IMG/VR virus record: IMGVR_UViG_3300035698_013504
Coordinates: 64,001-128,000 of that record
DNA: 64,000 nucleotides
Origin: a virus
Lineage: Duplodnaviria > Caudoviricetes
Strand: one strand, 5' to 3'
This document shows positions 1 to 7,733 of the stretch, in pieces. The notes below the pieces were generated by a model that ran no database searches, was not told the DNA's origin, and saw only the letters and a program-made list of their open reading frames with translations. The first letter of the stretch is position 1; each line of letters opens with the position of its first letter. Made by a program: the position numbers and the translations under genes.

Positions 1-10
1 AGACTCAGCC

Positions 11-42
11 CGGTAAGGGGGCGGGGAAACCCGCCCTTACCG
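11..42 (+). other. GC-rich RNA hairpin with GAAA tetraloop upstream of the first gene
   Basis: CGGTAAGGG(GG)CGGG-GAAA-CCCGCCCTTACCG gives 13 bp with a 2-nt bulge; no U-tract, so stabiliser or terminator is unclear. Confidence 0.4.
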
Positions 43-65
43 AACTCATACTAAGGAGTACCGAG

Positions 66-407
66 ATGTCCCAGGAACAGGACGCAGCCCTCGACGCTCT
101 TCAGACGATTTCCGCTCAGGTCTATGTCCCGCGCTTCCTCGAGAAGTGTGCGGAACTCGGTGTCCCTATCGACAACGAGCAGGCCCTGGAAACCGCTTTG
201 GAGACCACGGCTCTCCTGAAGATGGGGCAAGCTGAAGAGTCGACGTCTTTGATCCAGCGCGGTGCTGACGCCCTCCGTAAAAACGCGGGCGTTCCCACTG
301 CTCAGGTTCAGGAGAAGGTCGCATCTGATGCGAGCCTCGTAGATCAGGTTATTGCCAATCCCAGTATCAGCGCCGCCCTCGACACTCTAAGGGCCGCCGC
401 AAGCTAA
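66..407 (+). CDS. hypothetical protein (113 aa)
   Basis: ORF with AAGGAG SD at 52-57; alpha-helical composition; no recognisable motif. Confidence 0.75.
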   Translation: MSQEQDAALDALQTISAQVYVPRFLEKCAELGVPIDNEQALETALETTALLKMGQAEESTSLIQRGADALRKNAGVPTAQVQEKVASDASLVDQVIANPSISAALDTLRAAAS

Positions 408-423
408 GCAAGGACGGAGAAGC

Positions 424-795
424 ATGCCAGGTGCAAAGTCACATGATTTCGATATCACGTATATGACCGCGCGCGTGTCGAACCGTACAGCCACATCTGC
501 TGACGGGGCCGCGTCCTCGATTGCTGAGCAGATTACGCTGTCGACGGCCCGACACGGGTACAACGGTCGTATCTTCGTTGCCGCTACCTTTCCGGGTGCG
601 GTAACGGCTGCGACAGTTGAACTCCACCTGGATGTGCTTGGTGACGATTCTGTATGGGCTTTGGTCGAGTCGGCAACGATTTCGGGTTCAACGCTTATCC
701 AGTTCACCGACCTTCCTCCGGGTGTGTACGTCGTCCGGTTAGCCGCTATGACCGGTAGTGGAACTATCACGTTCTATGAGCAGCATACGGCGTAA
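424..795 (+). CDS. putative virion beta-sandwich protein (123 aa)
   Basis: GGAG SD; Thr/Val/Ala-rich beta-strand pattern typical of capsid/tail decoration domains. Confidence 0.6.
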   Translation: MPGAKSHDFDITYMTARVSNRTATSADGAASSIAEQITLSTARHGYNGRIFVAATFPGAVTAATVELHLDVLGDDSVWALVESATISGSTLIQFTDLPPGVYVVRLAAMTGSGTITFYEQHTA

Positions 796-820
796 AGAGT
801 TCGCTTCAAACGTTAATCCC

Positions 821-859
821 GGGGCGGCTAGGATACTCTCTTAGCCGTCCCTTCTTTCT
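821..859 (+). terminator. probable intrinsic terminator
   Basis: GGGGCGGCTA/TAGCCGTCCC 10-bp stem (one G-U) followed by TTCTTTCT, just after the 424-795 stop. Confidence 0.55.
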
Positions 860-871
860 AGAGGCGACAGG

Positions 872-1267
872 ATGAAACCGCAAACGTCGATGTCACGCGA
901 GCGTGAGATAGGTATTGGCATCGCCGACGCCATCAGCACGGGCGATCAGGGGCCGTGGTCAGCGCCTATGCGGCGCACGGGCCGCGTTACCGCAGTTACC
1001 GCGAGTGTAAAGACGCCGTCCTCAGGGGCGGCTGTCGCCATTGCGGTCGAGATTAGCCACAACAACGGTCAAACCTGGACGAGCGTATTTACCACCAACC
1101 TGACGATTGACTCCGCGGAGAGATCCTCAGTATCGGCGGCAACACCCTATGTTATCAACGCGAACGCCAGCATCTACGCCTCTGGTGGCATCCTGCGTAT
1201 CAATATCATAGCCGCGGGCACAAACACCAGCGGCTTAAGCGTGCAAATCCACACGCTGGAGGATTAA
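872..1267 (+). CDS. virion beta-sandwich protein, paralog of 1968-2465
   Basis: shares ISxxNGxTWTS(V/I)FTTxLTID...(V/I)xxxxxxxxxxxxxLRIN(I/V) with the 1968-2465 product. Confidence 0.65.
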   Translation: MKPQTSMSREREIGIGIADAISTGDQGPWSAPMRRTGRVTAVTASVKTPSSGAAVAIAVEISHNNGQTWTSVFTTNLTIDSAERSSVSAATPYVINANASIYASGGILRINIIAAGTNTSGLSVQIHTLED

Positions 1268-1269
1268 CG

Positions 1270-1968
1270 GTGGCACGGCACTTCAGAAACCCGCCGATCG
1301 TTCTAATTTGCACCCTGCTGCTACTCTTCGCAGGATGCTCTATGTTTTACGACAGTTACGTCAAAACTCCCACCGCTAGCTTCAAAGAGAAGTCTAAGAC
1401 CACGTTTCCCAGCGGCAAAGTTGAAGAGAAGGAGACGGAGACCAAAGCGGGCGGCGGGGTGTTTAAGGGTGATGCCGCGAAGAAGCTGAAGATCGGTAAG
1501 GTACAGGTAGATAAGGCCGGGGCAAAGACAGACCCATCCACTTTTGAGCAGTGGAAGCAGAAGGTTAAGGGTAAAGAGGTCTACATCCTTTACGGCGCCT
1601 GCGGACTCGTTATGGTAGTGGGTTGCGTTTTAGGGTATTATGCAGGTAGCTGGAAACTCAGCGTCGTAATCTGCGCCGGTGCAGGCGCGGGGATGGGAAC
1701 GATAGTTCTCTTCGAGGAGTACCCCTGGGTGGTTCTTCTTCCGGTTGCGTTCTTTATCGCGGCCGGAGTGTTCCTCTTGTGGCACCTCGCACGCGGTAAG
1801 TCGATTGTTCGCACCCTAGGTGTGGTCACCGGCGCCCTTGAAGACTTGGAGGACGACGACCCAAGAGCTGCTAAAGCCGCGAAGAAGAACATCCGTAGAC
1901 GTGCAGGATCGAAGGAATCGCTGGTCAAGCGCGATATCACAGTGGTTAAAAGGAAGTTGAGGATATAA
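1270..1968 (+). CDS. lipoprotein-signal membrane protein with 3 TM helices (candidate holin/spanin-like lysis protein)
   Basis: lipobox LLLLFAG-C near the N-terminus, Lys-rich soluble segment, three hydrophobic helices, basic C-terminal tail. Confidence 0.55.
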   Translation: MARHFRNPPIVLICTLLLLFAGCSMFYDSYVKTPTASFKEKSKTTFPSGKVEEKETETKAGGGVFKGDAAKKLKIGKVQVDKAGAKTDPSTFEQWKQKVKGKEVYILYGACGLVMVVGCVLGYYAGSWKLSVVICAGAGAGMGTIVLFEEYPWVVLLPVAFFIAAGVFLLWHLARGKSIVRTLGVVTGALEDLEDDDPRAAKAAKKNIRRRAGSKESLVKRDITVVKRKLRI

Positions 1969-2465
1969 TGGCTGATCGTCCGGCACTCATTTTACGCGAT
2001 ACCACTCAGTCGAGCATTAAGACGGGTGACCGCCTCGTCGACGCTGACGGCGTCCCCTACTCGCAGGGCGGTCAACGTCTTGTTGGTTTCGCGGCCAACG
2101 GCGCCTTTGCTACCGGCGATATCTCCCCGTGGTCCGGGCCGCTTTTGATTGCAGCAGCGACCGTAGATAGCGTCTCGGCATGTGTTAAGTCCGCGGCAAC
2201 GACTAATCCTGTTGAAATCGACGTGTTGATCAGCTCAGATAACGGCGCGACGTGGACATCTATCTTCACGACTACATTAACGATCGACGCCAGCGAGTTA
2301 ACGTCTACTACGGCCGCCGTACCCGCTGTAATCGATACGGCAAACAACACCATCAACGCTACAGACATGCTCCGTATTAATGTAGACGTTGCTGACGATG
2401 CAGAGGATCTTACCGTACAAATCGGTCTTGTGGACACAGCGTCGTCATCGTCGAGCTCGGCATAG
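1968..2465 (+). CDS. virion beta-sandwich protein with C-terminal Ser tail
   Basis: TAATG coupling with the upstream gene; paralog of 872-1267; ends TASSSSSSA. Confidence 0.7.
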   Translation: MADRPALILRDTTQSSIKTGDRLVDADGVPYSQGGQRLVGFAANGAFATGDISPWSGPLLIAAATVDSVSACVKSAATTNPVEIDVLISSDNGATWTSIFTTTLTIDASELTSTTAAVPAVIDTANNTINATDMLRINVDVADDAEDLTVQIGLVDTASSSSSSA

Positions 2466-2480
2466 AGGAGACTGACAGCT

Positions 2481-4982
2481 TTGTTATCATTCTTGGTCAA
2501 CTTCAGCGCAACGTCTTCCTCGAGTTCTTCGAGTAGCAACAGCTCGTCTTCAAGTAGCTGGAGTTCCTCGTCTTCGTCTAGTAGCTGGAGTTCCTCGTCT
2601 TCGTCAAGCAGCTGGAGCTCATCCTCTAGCAGCTCCTCCGACAGCAGCTCGTCGAGTAGCTGGAGTTCATCCTCTAGCAGCTCGTCTGACAGCAGCTCGT
2701 CGAGCTCGTCCTCTTGGAGTTCATCCTCGAGTAGCTCGAGTTACTCCACTGGCGCGGACCCGAACCTGGTGTTGTTCCTCCAGGCAGAAGGCGCGGATAA
2801 CGCCCGCGCGATTACCGACGACTCGATGTACGTGCATAGTGTCTACCCGCACGGTGAGCTGGACATAACAACAGATACGGCCGCCCTCGGTACCAGCGCC
2901 ATCTACTTTGACGGTAACACGCAAGAGCTCGTTACCTCACCAGACAGCACTGACTGGAACTTCAGCGGTGACTTCACCATTGAATGTTACGTGCGCTTTG
3001 AGGGCAACTCGATCGCGCAGAACCGCGGATTCCTTGCTCAGTACAAGAACAACACGAACTGTGATGCGCCGGATGCCGCATGGATGTTCTGCTTCCACTC
3101 GACTAAGGGGCTCTCATTCACCGCGTGGGATGGCGACACCGACAGTTACGTTATTCAGCAGCCCAACAACTCCGGCTGGGCCCTTAGCACATGGTACAAG
3201 ATCGCCGTTACACGCGAAGGCAATACTTGGAAGCTCTTCAGAGACACTACAGAGGTTGCTGTTGCAACCGACGCCCGCGTCCTTGAAGACGTGGCGGGTC
3301 CGCTTTACATTGGTAACTACGCTCCCACGAACAGTACGTGGAACTGGCAGGGTTACATGGACCACATCCGTGTCTGGAAGGGTGTCGCGCAGAATGAGGG
3401 TAACAGCTCCTCCAGCAGTAGCTCGTCTTACAGCGACGGTTGCCTGCCTCCTGGCTCAGGACCTTGTAACTTCTGCGATGAGGGTATCTGCGATACGTGC
3501 GACGAAGGCCCGTGCTGCACCGTCGACGAAATGGGCTGCATGTTCTGCGATCAGGGCGCTTGCTCCTCCTGTGACGAAGGCCTCTGCACTTCCTGTGACG
3601 AGGGTTCGTGTACTCGTTGTGACGAGAGTTTCTGTATGTCTTACGACGACCCGGTACTGGGCGCCTGTAACTTCTGCGATGACGGCAAGTGCTCCAGCAC
3701 CGACGAAGGTTCTTGCCGCCGCTGCGACGAGGCCGGGTGTACCCGTTGTGACGAAGCTCTCTGCACCGGCTGCGATGAAGGCCTTTGCACCGTAGCTGAC
3801 TCCGGTCGCTGCGTAGTCTGCGATGAGGGTACTTGCGCCAACTGTGACGAAGCTCTTGGTGGCGCCAACTGCTCAAGTTGTGACGAGAGTCCCTGTATCA
3901 GCTGTGATGAGACCAAGTGGAAGTGCCACAACTGTGACGAGGGTCTCTGCTCCAGGTGTGACCAGGGCGCTTGCTCCTCCTGTGATGAAGGCGCCTGCTC
4001 TAGCGCAGACGGCGGTTGCTGTACAAATACGGACGCAGGCGCATGTAACAACTGCGACGAGAACGAATGTTACCAGTGTGACGAAGTCGGCGGTTGTGCT
4101 GTCTGCGACGAGGGTTGCACTTCTTGTGACGAGGGCTGGTGTGGCACTTGTGACGAGGGTGACTGCAACCAGTGCGACGACGGCCCTTGCACTAGCTGTG
4201 ACGAAGGTCCTTGCATCAACGGCGACCAGGGCTTCTGCTCTGCGACCGACATCGGCCCGTGTCAGAGCTGTGACGAGGGTCCCTGCCTCCTCTGCGATGA
4301 GGGCGCCTGCACCAACGCCGATTACAACGAATGCTACCAGTGCGATGAAGAAGTCGGCTGCCCGTGGTGCGATGACGGCGGCTGCGACGTCTGCGATGAG
4401 GGATGTACCTACTGCGATGAAGGTCCCTGTATCAGCTGTGACGAAGCTGACTGCGACTCGTGTGACGAGGGTGACTGCGTCGCCTGTGACGAAGGCGCCT
4501 GCACTAACGGTGACAACGGCGCCTGCTCCAATTGTGACGAGGGTGTTTGCACGAACGGTGATCAGGGTACCTGTACCAACGGTGACCAGGGTGTTTGCTA
4601 CCAGTGCGATGAAAACGGCGGATGTACAGCCTGCGACGAAGGTTGCGCATCTTGTGACGAAGGCGACTGTACCAGTTGTGACGAGGGCGCTTGTAGCGTG
4701 GCTGACGCTGGCGCATGCTCGAGCTGCGACGAGGGCGCTTGTAGTTCCTGTGACCAGGGTGGTTGTGCCTCCTGCGACCAGGGCTGGTGTGGTACGTGTG
4801 ACGAAGGCGCCTGCAGCATGTGTGACGACGGACTTTGCACTTCGACGGATGAAGGTCCGTGTACCGTCTGTGACGAAGGTATGTGTGGTTCATGCGACGA
4901 GGGCTGGTGTGGTTCCTGCGACGAGGGTCCCTGCTCTCAGTGCGATGACGGCCTCTGTGCCGCCTGCGATGAATTCCCTTAA
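2481..4982 (+). CDS. poly-Ser / LamG (ConA-like) domain / 62x Cys-X3-Asp repeat protein; probable virion fibre-type protein and putative radical-SAM substrate
   Basis: TTG start with GAGGAG SD at 2465-2470; LamG hallmarks (SAIYFDG, DFTIECYV, W.KIAVTR.G, LYIG, GYMDHIRVWKG) at ~2760-3393; Cys/Asp repeat C-terminal half. Confidence 0.8.
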   Translation: MLSFLVNFSATSSSSSSSSNSSSSSSWSSSSSSSSWSSSSSSSSWSSSSSSSSDSSSSSSWSSSSSSSSDSSSSSSSSWSSSSSSSSYSTGADPNLVLFLQAEGADNARAITDDSMYVHSVYPHGELDITTDTAALGTSAIYFDGNTQELVTSPDSTDWNFSGDFTIECYVRFEGNSIAQNRGFLAQYKNNTNCDAPDAAWMFCFHSTKGLSFTAWDGDTDSYVIQQPNNSGWALSTWYKIAVTREGNTWKLFRDTTEVAVATDARVLEDVAGPLYIGNYAPTNSTWNWQGYMDHIRVWKGVAQNEGNSSSSSSSSYSDGCLPPGSGPCNFCDEGICDTCDEGPCCTVDEMGCMFCDQGACSSCDEGLCTSCDEGSCTRCDESFCMSYDDPVLGACNFCDDGKCSSTDEGSCRRCDEAGCTRCDEALCTGCDEGLCTVADSGRCVVCDEGTCANCDEALGGANCSSCDESPCISCDETKWKCHNCDEGLCSRCDQGACSSCDEGACSSADGGCCTNTDAGACNNCDENECYQCDEVGGCAVCDEGCTSCDEGWCGTCDEGDCNQCDDGPCTSCDEGPCINGDQGFCSATDIGPCQSCDEGPCLLCDEGACTNADYNECYQCDEEVGCPWCDDGGCDVCDEGCTYCDEGPCISCDEADCDSCDEGDCVACDEGACTNGDNGACSNCDEGVCTNGDQGTCTNGDQGVCYQCDENGGCTACDEGCASCDEGDCTSCDEGACSVADAGACSSCDEGACSSCDQGGCASCDQGWCGTCDEGACSMCDDGLCTSTDEGPCTVCDEGMCGSCDEGWCGSCDEGPCSQCDDGLCAACDEFP
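2514..2747 (+). repeat. poly-serine tract (~78 aa, ~70 Ser, punctuated by W/D/N)
   Basis: mixed TCN/AGY codons with local 27-nt duplications (AGTAGCTGGAGTTCCTCGTCTTCGTC twice). Confidence 0.9.
3465..4979 (+). repeat. 62 tandem, mostly 8-aa units of consensus C-x-x-C-D-E-G-x
   Basis: manual parse: every unit has Cys at position 1 and Asp at position 5; 48 of 62 also have Cys at position 4. Confidence 0.9.
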
Positions 4983-4987
4983 CCTAG

Positions 4988-6295
4988 ATGGAGACCGATG
5001 GCATGGCAACAGAAACTCCAGTGATCTCAACGATTGACTTCAACCTATCCGACAGGTGTAACCTTCGTTGTGCCTTTTGCTACACGAAGGACGGCCACGG
5101 CAATGGCCCTGACATGGAGAGGACAAAGCGCATCTTGACGTGGTACTACGATCAGCTCCGCGTCGGAATTGAAAAGAACCCGCAGCGCCGGAAGGTGGCG
5201 AGCTTGAACATCTACGGCGGCGAACCTCTTATGGAGTGGGATAGCCTGCAGGAGACTGTAGCGTGGATTCAAGAGAACCATGGCGATCTTCAGCTCAAGG
5301 CCGGTGTCGTGACCAACATGGTGCTACTTGACGAAAAGAAGCTCGACTGGCTGATGGACAACCGCATTGGTATCCACCCATCAATCGACGGGTGTGCCGC
5401 TGCGGAGGATACTCACCGCGTGTTCCCCGACGGGTCTGGCGCCAGCAAGTTTGTATACGATAATGCGCGGCGGCTGATTAGCCGTACGAAAGGCCGCAGC
5501 TGTCGTATGACGATTTCCCCAGAGACCGTGCCACATATCTTTGAGAGCATTAAGTTTCTCTGCGAGGATATTGGGTTCCACACCGTTAACGCCATTCTGG
5601 CTGGCGGCGCTGAGTGGACACCTTCGAACCTTGACGCTGTTAAGGCGCAGACCATACAAGTTACGGATTGGTGGCTTGAAAAGATGCGAGAAGGCGAGCA
5701 TTATTCCCTCTACTACTTGAGGAACATGTTCAAAGGTATACAGGACAGCAAGCGGCGGCGAAGCCTGTGTTCGTCAGGCATAAGCCGCGTTGGTGTTGAC
5801 ACCAACGGCGATCTATGGCCCTGTCACCGGTTCTGCAACCAGTCCGCGCAGTCTGAATATAAGCTGGGTACCATCGAGACAGGGTTTACCAACCTTGTGC
5901 TATACGAAAAGCTGAAGAACTACGACATTGCGGCAAGCATGAGCGAGAAGTGCAGTACGTGCCCCGCCGTTATGGGGTGCCACGCTCTCTGCCTTCACGA
6001 GATGATGGTCGCGGAGCGGGGGATGTTTACGCCGAACAATCACTACTGCTACATCTGGCCCTTCTACTGGAACGAGGCGATGCGTGCCCATTCCATTATG
6101 ACGGCCGAGAGGAACAAGCTGTACGAAAAGATGTACTGCAGCGGTGACGACAACCGCCGTCCGCAATCACGACAGCGCCCTGCGCGACAGAACCAAGGTT
6201 CGCGCCCGACGATGATGGAGAGAATGGAAAAACTCGAGGGCGAAGTGTCCGGAATCAAAAGTTGTGGGGCTTGCTCCTGCACGCCCCCGAAATAA
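4988..6295 (+). CDS. radical SAM enzyme with SPASM domain (peptide/protein maturase, PapB/CteB/anSME-like)
   Basis: CNLRCAFC (CxxxCxxC), YGGEP, SIDG; SPASM C-x12-G-x4-C (CSSG...GDLWPC) and CxxC-x5-C-x3-C (CSTCPAVMGCHALC) plus a late Cys; true start may be 5003. Confidence 0.9.
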   Translation: METDGMATETPVISTIDFNLSDRCNLRCAFCYTKDGHGNGPDMERTKRILTWYYDQLRVGIEKNPQRRKVASLNIYGGEPLMEWDSLQETVAWIQENHGDLQLKAGVVTNMVLLDEKKLDWLMDNRIGIHPSIDGCAAAEDTHRVFPDGSGASKFVYDNARRLISRTKGRSCRMTISPETVPHIFESIKFLCEDIGFHTVNAILAGGAEWTPSNLDAVKAQTIQVTDWWLEKMREGEHYSLYYLRNMFKGIQDSKRRRSLCSSGISRVGVDTNGDLWPCHRFCNQSAQSEYKLGTIETGFTNLVLYEKLKNYDIAASMSEKCSTCPAVMGCHALCLHEMMVAERGMFTPNNHYCYIWPFYWNEAMRAHSIMTAERNKLYEKMYCSGDDNRRPQSRQRPARQNQGSRPTMMERMEKLEGEVSGIKSCGACSCTPPK

Positions 6296-6308
6296 GGAGA
6301 TATCAACG

Positions 6309-6533
6309 ATGAAGGTGAAACTTGTTGGGTCAGAGGCTGATGGGTTTTCTCTGATCACAGATAACAACAAAGATGTAGAAGAGGTTGCTCGCATACGCCA
6401 CCGCAAGTACACCAGCGGCCGTACTGCGACGTGGGTTCTTCTCGTTGACATAGCCCATGACGAGGAAGCGTCACCCCGCGCAAACCCGGTACATCGCAAC
6501 AGCAAAATACCCGCGCGGCTAACCCCAAGTTGA
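6309..6533 (+). CDS. small hypothetical protein downstream of the rSAM gene (74 aa)
   Basis: AAGGAG SD at 6294-6299, ATG at 6309. Confidence 0.55.
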   Translation: MKVKLVGSEADGFSLITDNNKDVEEVARIRHRKYTSGRTATWVLLVDIAHDEEASPRANPVHRNSKIPARLTPS

Positions 6534-6614
6534 CCCGCGTACGGATTTCAACGAAACTGTACTAAGAGGGTTGCATACGTAGCAGCCCATGCCCCGTAGA
6601 AGGAGAGGCCTAAG

Positions 6615-6890
6615 ATGAGCACTGTATTCACGAGAATCACAAACGCCGCGCGCGTTGCAAAGCACTTCGTATGGATCCCGCCTTACGGCAAGACGCTCGC
6701 CGTTGGCGCTCATATCGACGTCATCGGCATCATCGAAAGTCAGATTAAGGTCGGCGCGGGCAAGAGTGCGACGTCGCCCATGGAAACCGCGTACCTTGCT
6801 GACGTCGCTGCTGGTAACGTCACGGTCGAGCACAACGTAGCCTACGACCAGGGCAGTAGCAGCAGCTCTCTCATCCCGGCCGTCCTGTAA
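6615..6890 (+). CDS. small virion-associated protein with short Ser tract
   Basis: AGGAGAGG SD; ends DQGSSSSSLIPAVL. Confidence 0.65.
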   Translation: MSTVFTRITNAARVAKHFVWIPPYGKTLAVGAHIDVIGIIESQIKVGAGKSATSPMETAYLADVAAGNVTVEHNVAYDQGSSSSSLIPAVL

Positions 6891-6908
6891 CGGAGAAGGG
6901 TGGTACGA

Positions 6909-7715
6909 ATGAGTTTTGCACAAGACTGTATAGACGCTGGATCTAACCTGGCTGAAGTACCTGTTATGCAGATCGGCCAGCGTACGGCCGGTACGGCAGC
7001 CCTGACGATCAAGACTGCAGATGGCGCCCCGTATGACCTTACAGGGAAGACTGTGCAATTCATCGCCAAAGAGTTGTACACGGATAACGTCTCGTACATC
7101 GACAAGGCAATGACCATCGTCAGTGCCGTTGATGGCGAGGTCACGCTTGCGTATGGCACATCTGACTCCAAGTACGCCGGGGCGTGGGTAGCCCAGGCAA
7201 CAGTTAGGGACAGCGGCACCAACGAGTATATCTACCCGGTGTACTTCTATGTACGCACCTCCCTTGACTCGTTGACCTCTGAACTCGTAGGCGTACCGAA
7301 TATCTACGAGATCCGCCTGGCTATGCGCGATACCTCGGCTGTGGATAACTATCTGCTGGATGACGTCGAGTTCAGAGATGAAGAGATTATCGCCGTGATT
7401 CGCTGGCCGATCGATCAGTGGAACGAGACACCGCCCCCGGTACAGCGTTACACTCCCGCGAGCTTCCCGTGGCGCTACCACTGGATTCGTGCGATTGTTG
7501 GACACCTGTTGGAGATCAAAGCGCACAACTATCGCCGCAACCGCATGGACTACCAGGTTCAGGGCGGCCACGTTGACGATAAGAACAAAGCCGACAGCTA
7601 CGAGAAGCGGGCTAATGAGCTCATCTCGGAGTGGAAGGAGTGGATGATGCATACCAAGCTTACACTCAATATGAACCGCGGTTGGGGTACAGTAGGCTCT
7701 GGTGTGTATCGATAG
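6909..7715 (+). CDS. head-tail adaptor/neck protein with N-terminal BppU-like domain
   Basis: N-terminal half resembles BppU (PYDLTGKTVQF, GEVTL); C-terminal half has the large-myophage adaptor pattern EIRLAMRD...NYLLDDVEF.DEEI...FPWRY; position before the neck and terminator genes. Confidence 0.55.
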   Translation: MSFAQDCIDAGSNLAEVPVMQIGQRTAGTAALTIKTADGAPYDLTGKTVQFIAKELYTDNVSYIDKAMTIVSAVDGEVTLAYGTSDSKYAGAWVAQATVRDSGTNEYIYPVYFYVRTSLDSLTSELVGVPNIYEIRLAMRDTSAVDNYLLDDVEFRDEEIIAVIRWPIDQWNETPPPVQRYTPASFPWRYHWIRAIVGHLLEIKAHNYRRNRMDYQVQGGHVDDKNKADSYEKRANELISEWKEWMMHTKLTLNMNRGWGTVGSGVYR

Positions 7716-7731
7716 CAACGCGTTACAGAAA
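7713..7731. promoter_or_regulatory. conserved intergenic imperfect palindrome, copy 1
   Basis: TAGCAACGCGTTACAGAAA, 1 mismatch to the copies at 46431 and 48926. Confidence 0.5.
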
Positions 7732-7733
7732 CG

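Noticed and set aside
3465-4979. Multiheme cytochrome c (many CxxC motifs)
   Set aside because: Heme binding needs CxxCH; here the next residue is always Asp and His is nearly absent
2908-5037. Alternative-frame ORFs 2908-3795 and 3823-5037 and minus-strand ORFs over the repeat
   Set aside because: Thr/Ala/Arg-rich by-products of the stop-poor repetitive frame; they overlap the coherent LamG/CX3D gene
4988-6295. Plain anaerobic sulfatase maturase or RNR-activase annotation
   Set aside because: No sulfatase (CxPxR/SxPxR) or anaerobic RNR is visible in the window, NrdG lacks SPASM, and an obvious Cys-rich substrate is adjacent; not fully excluded without a phylogeny
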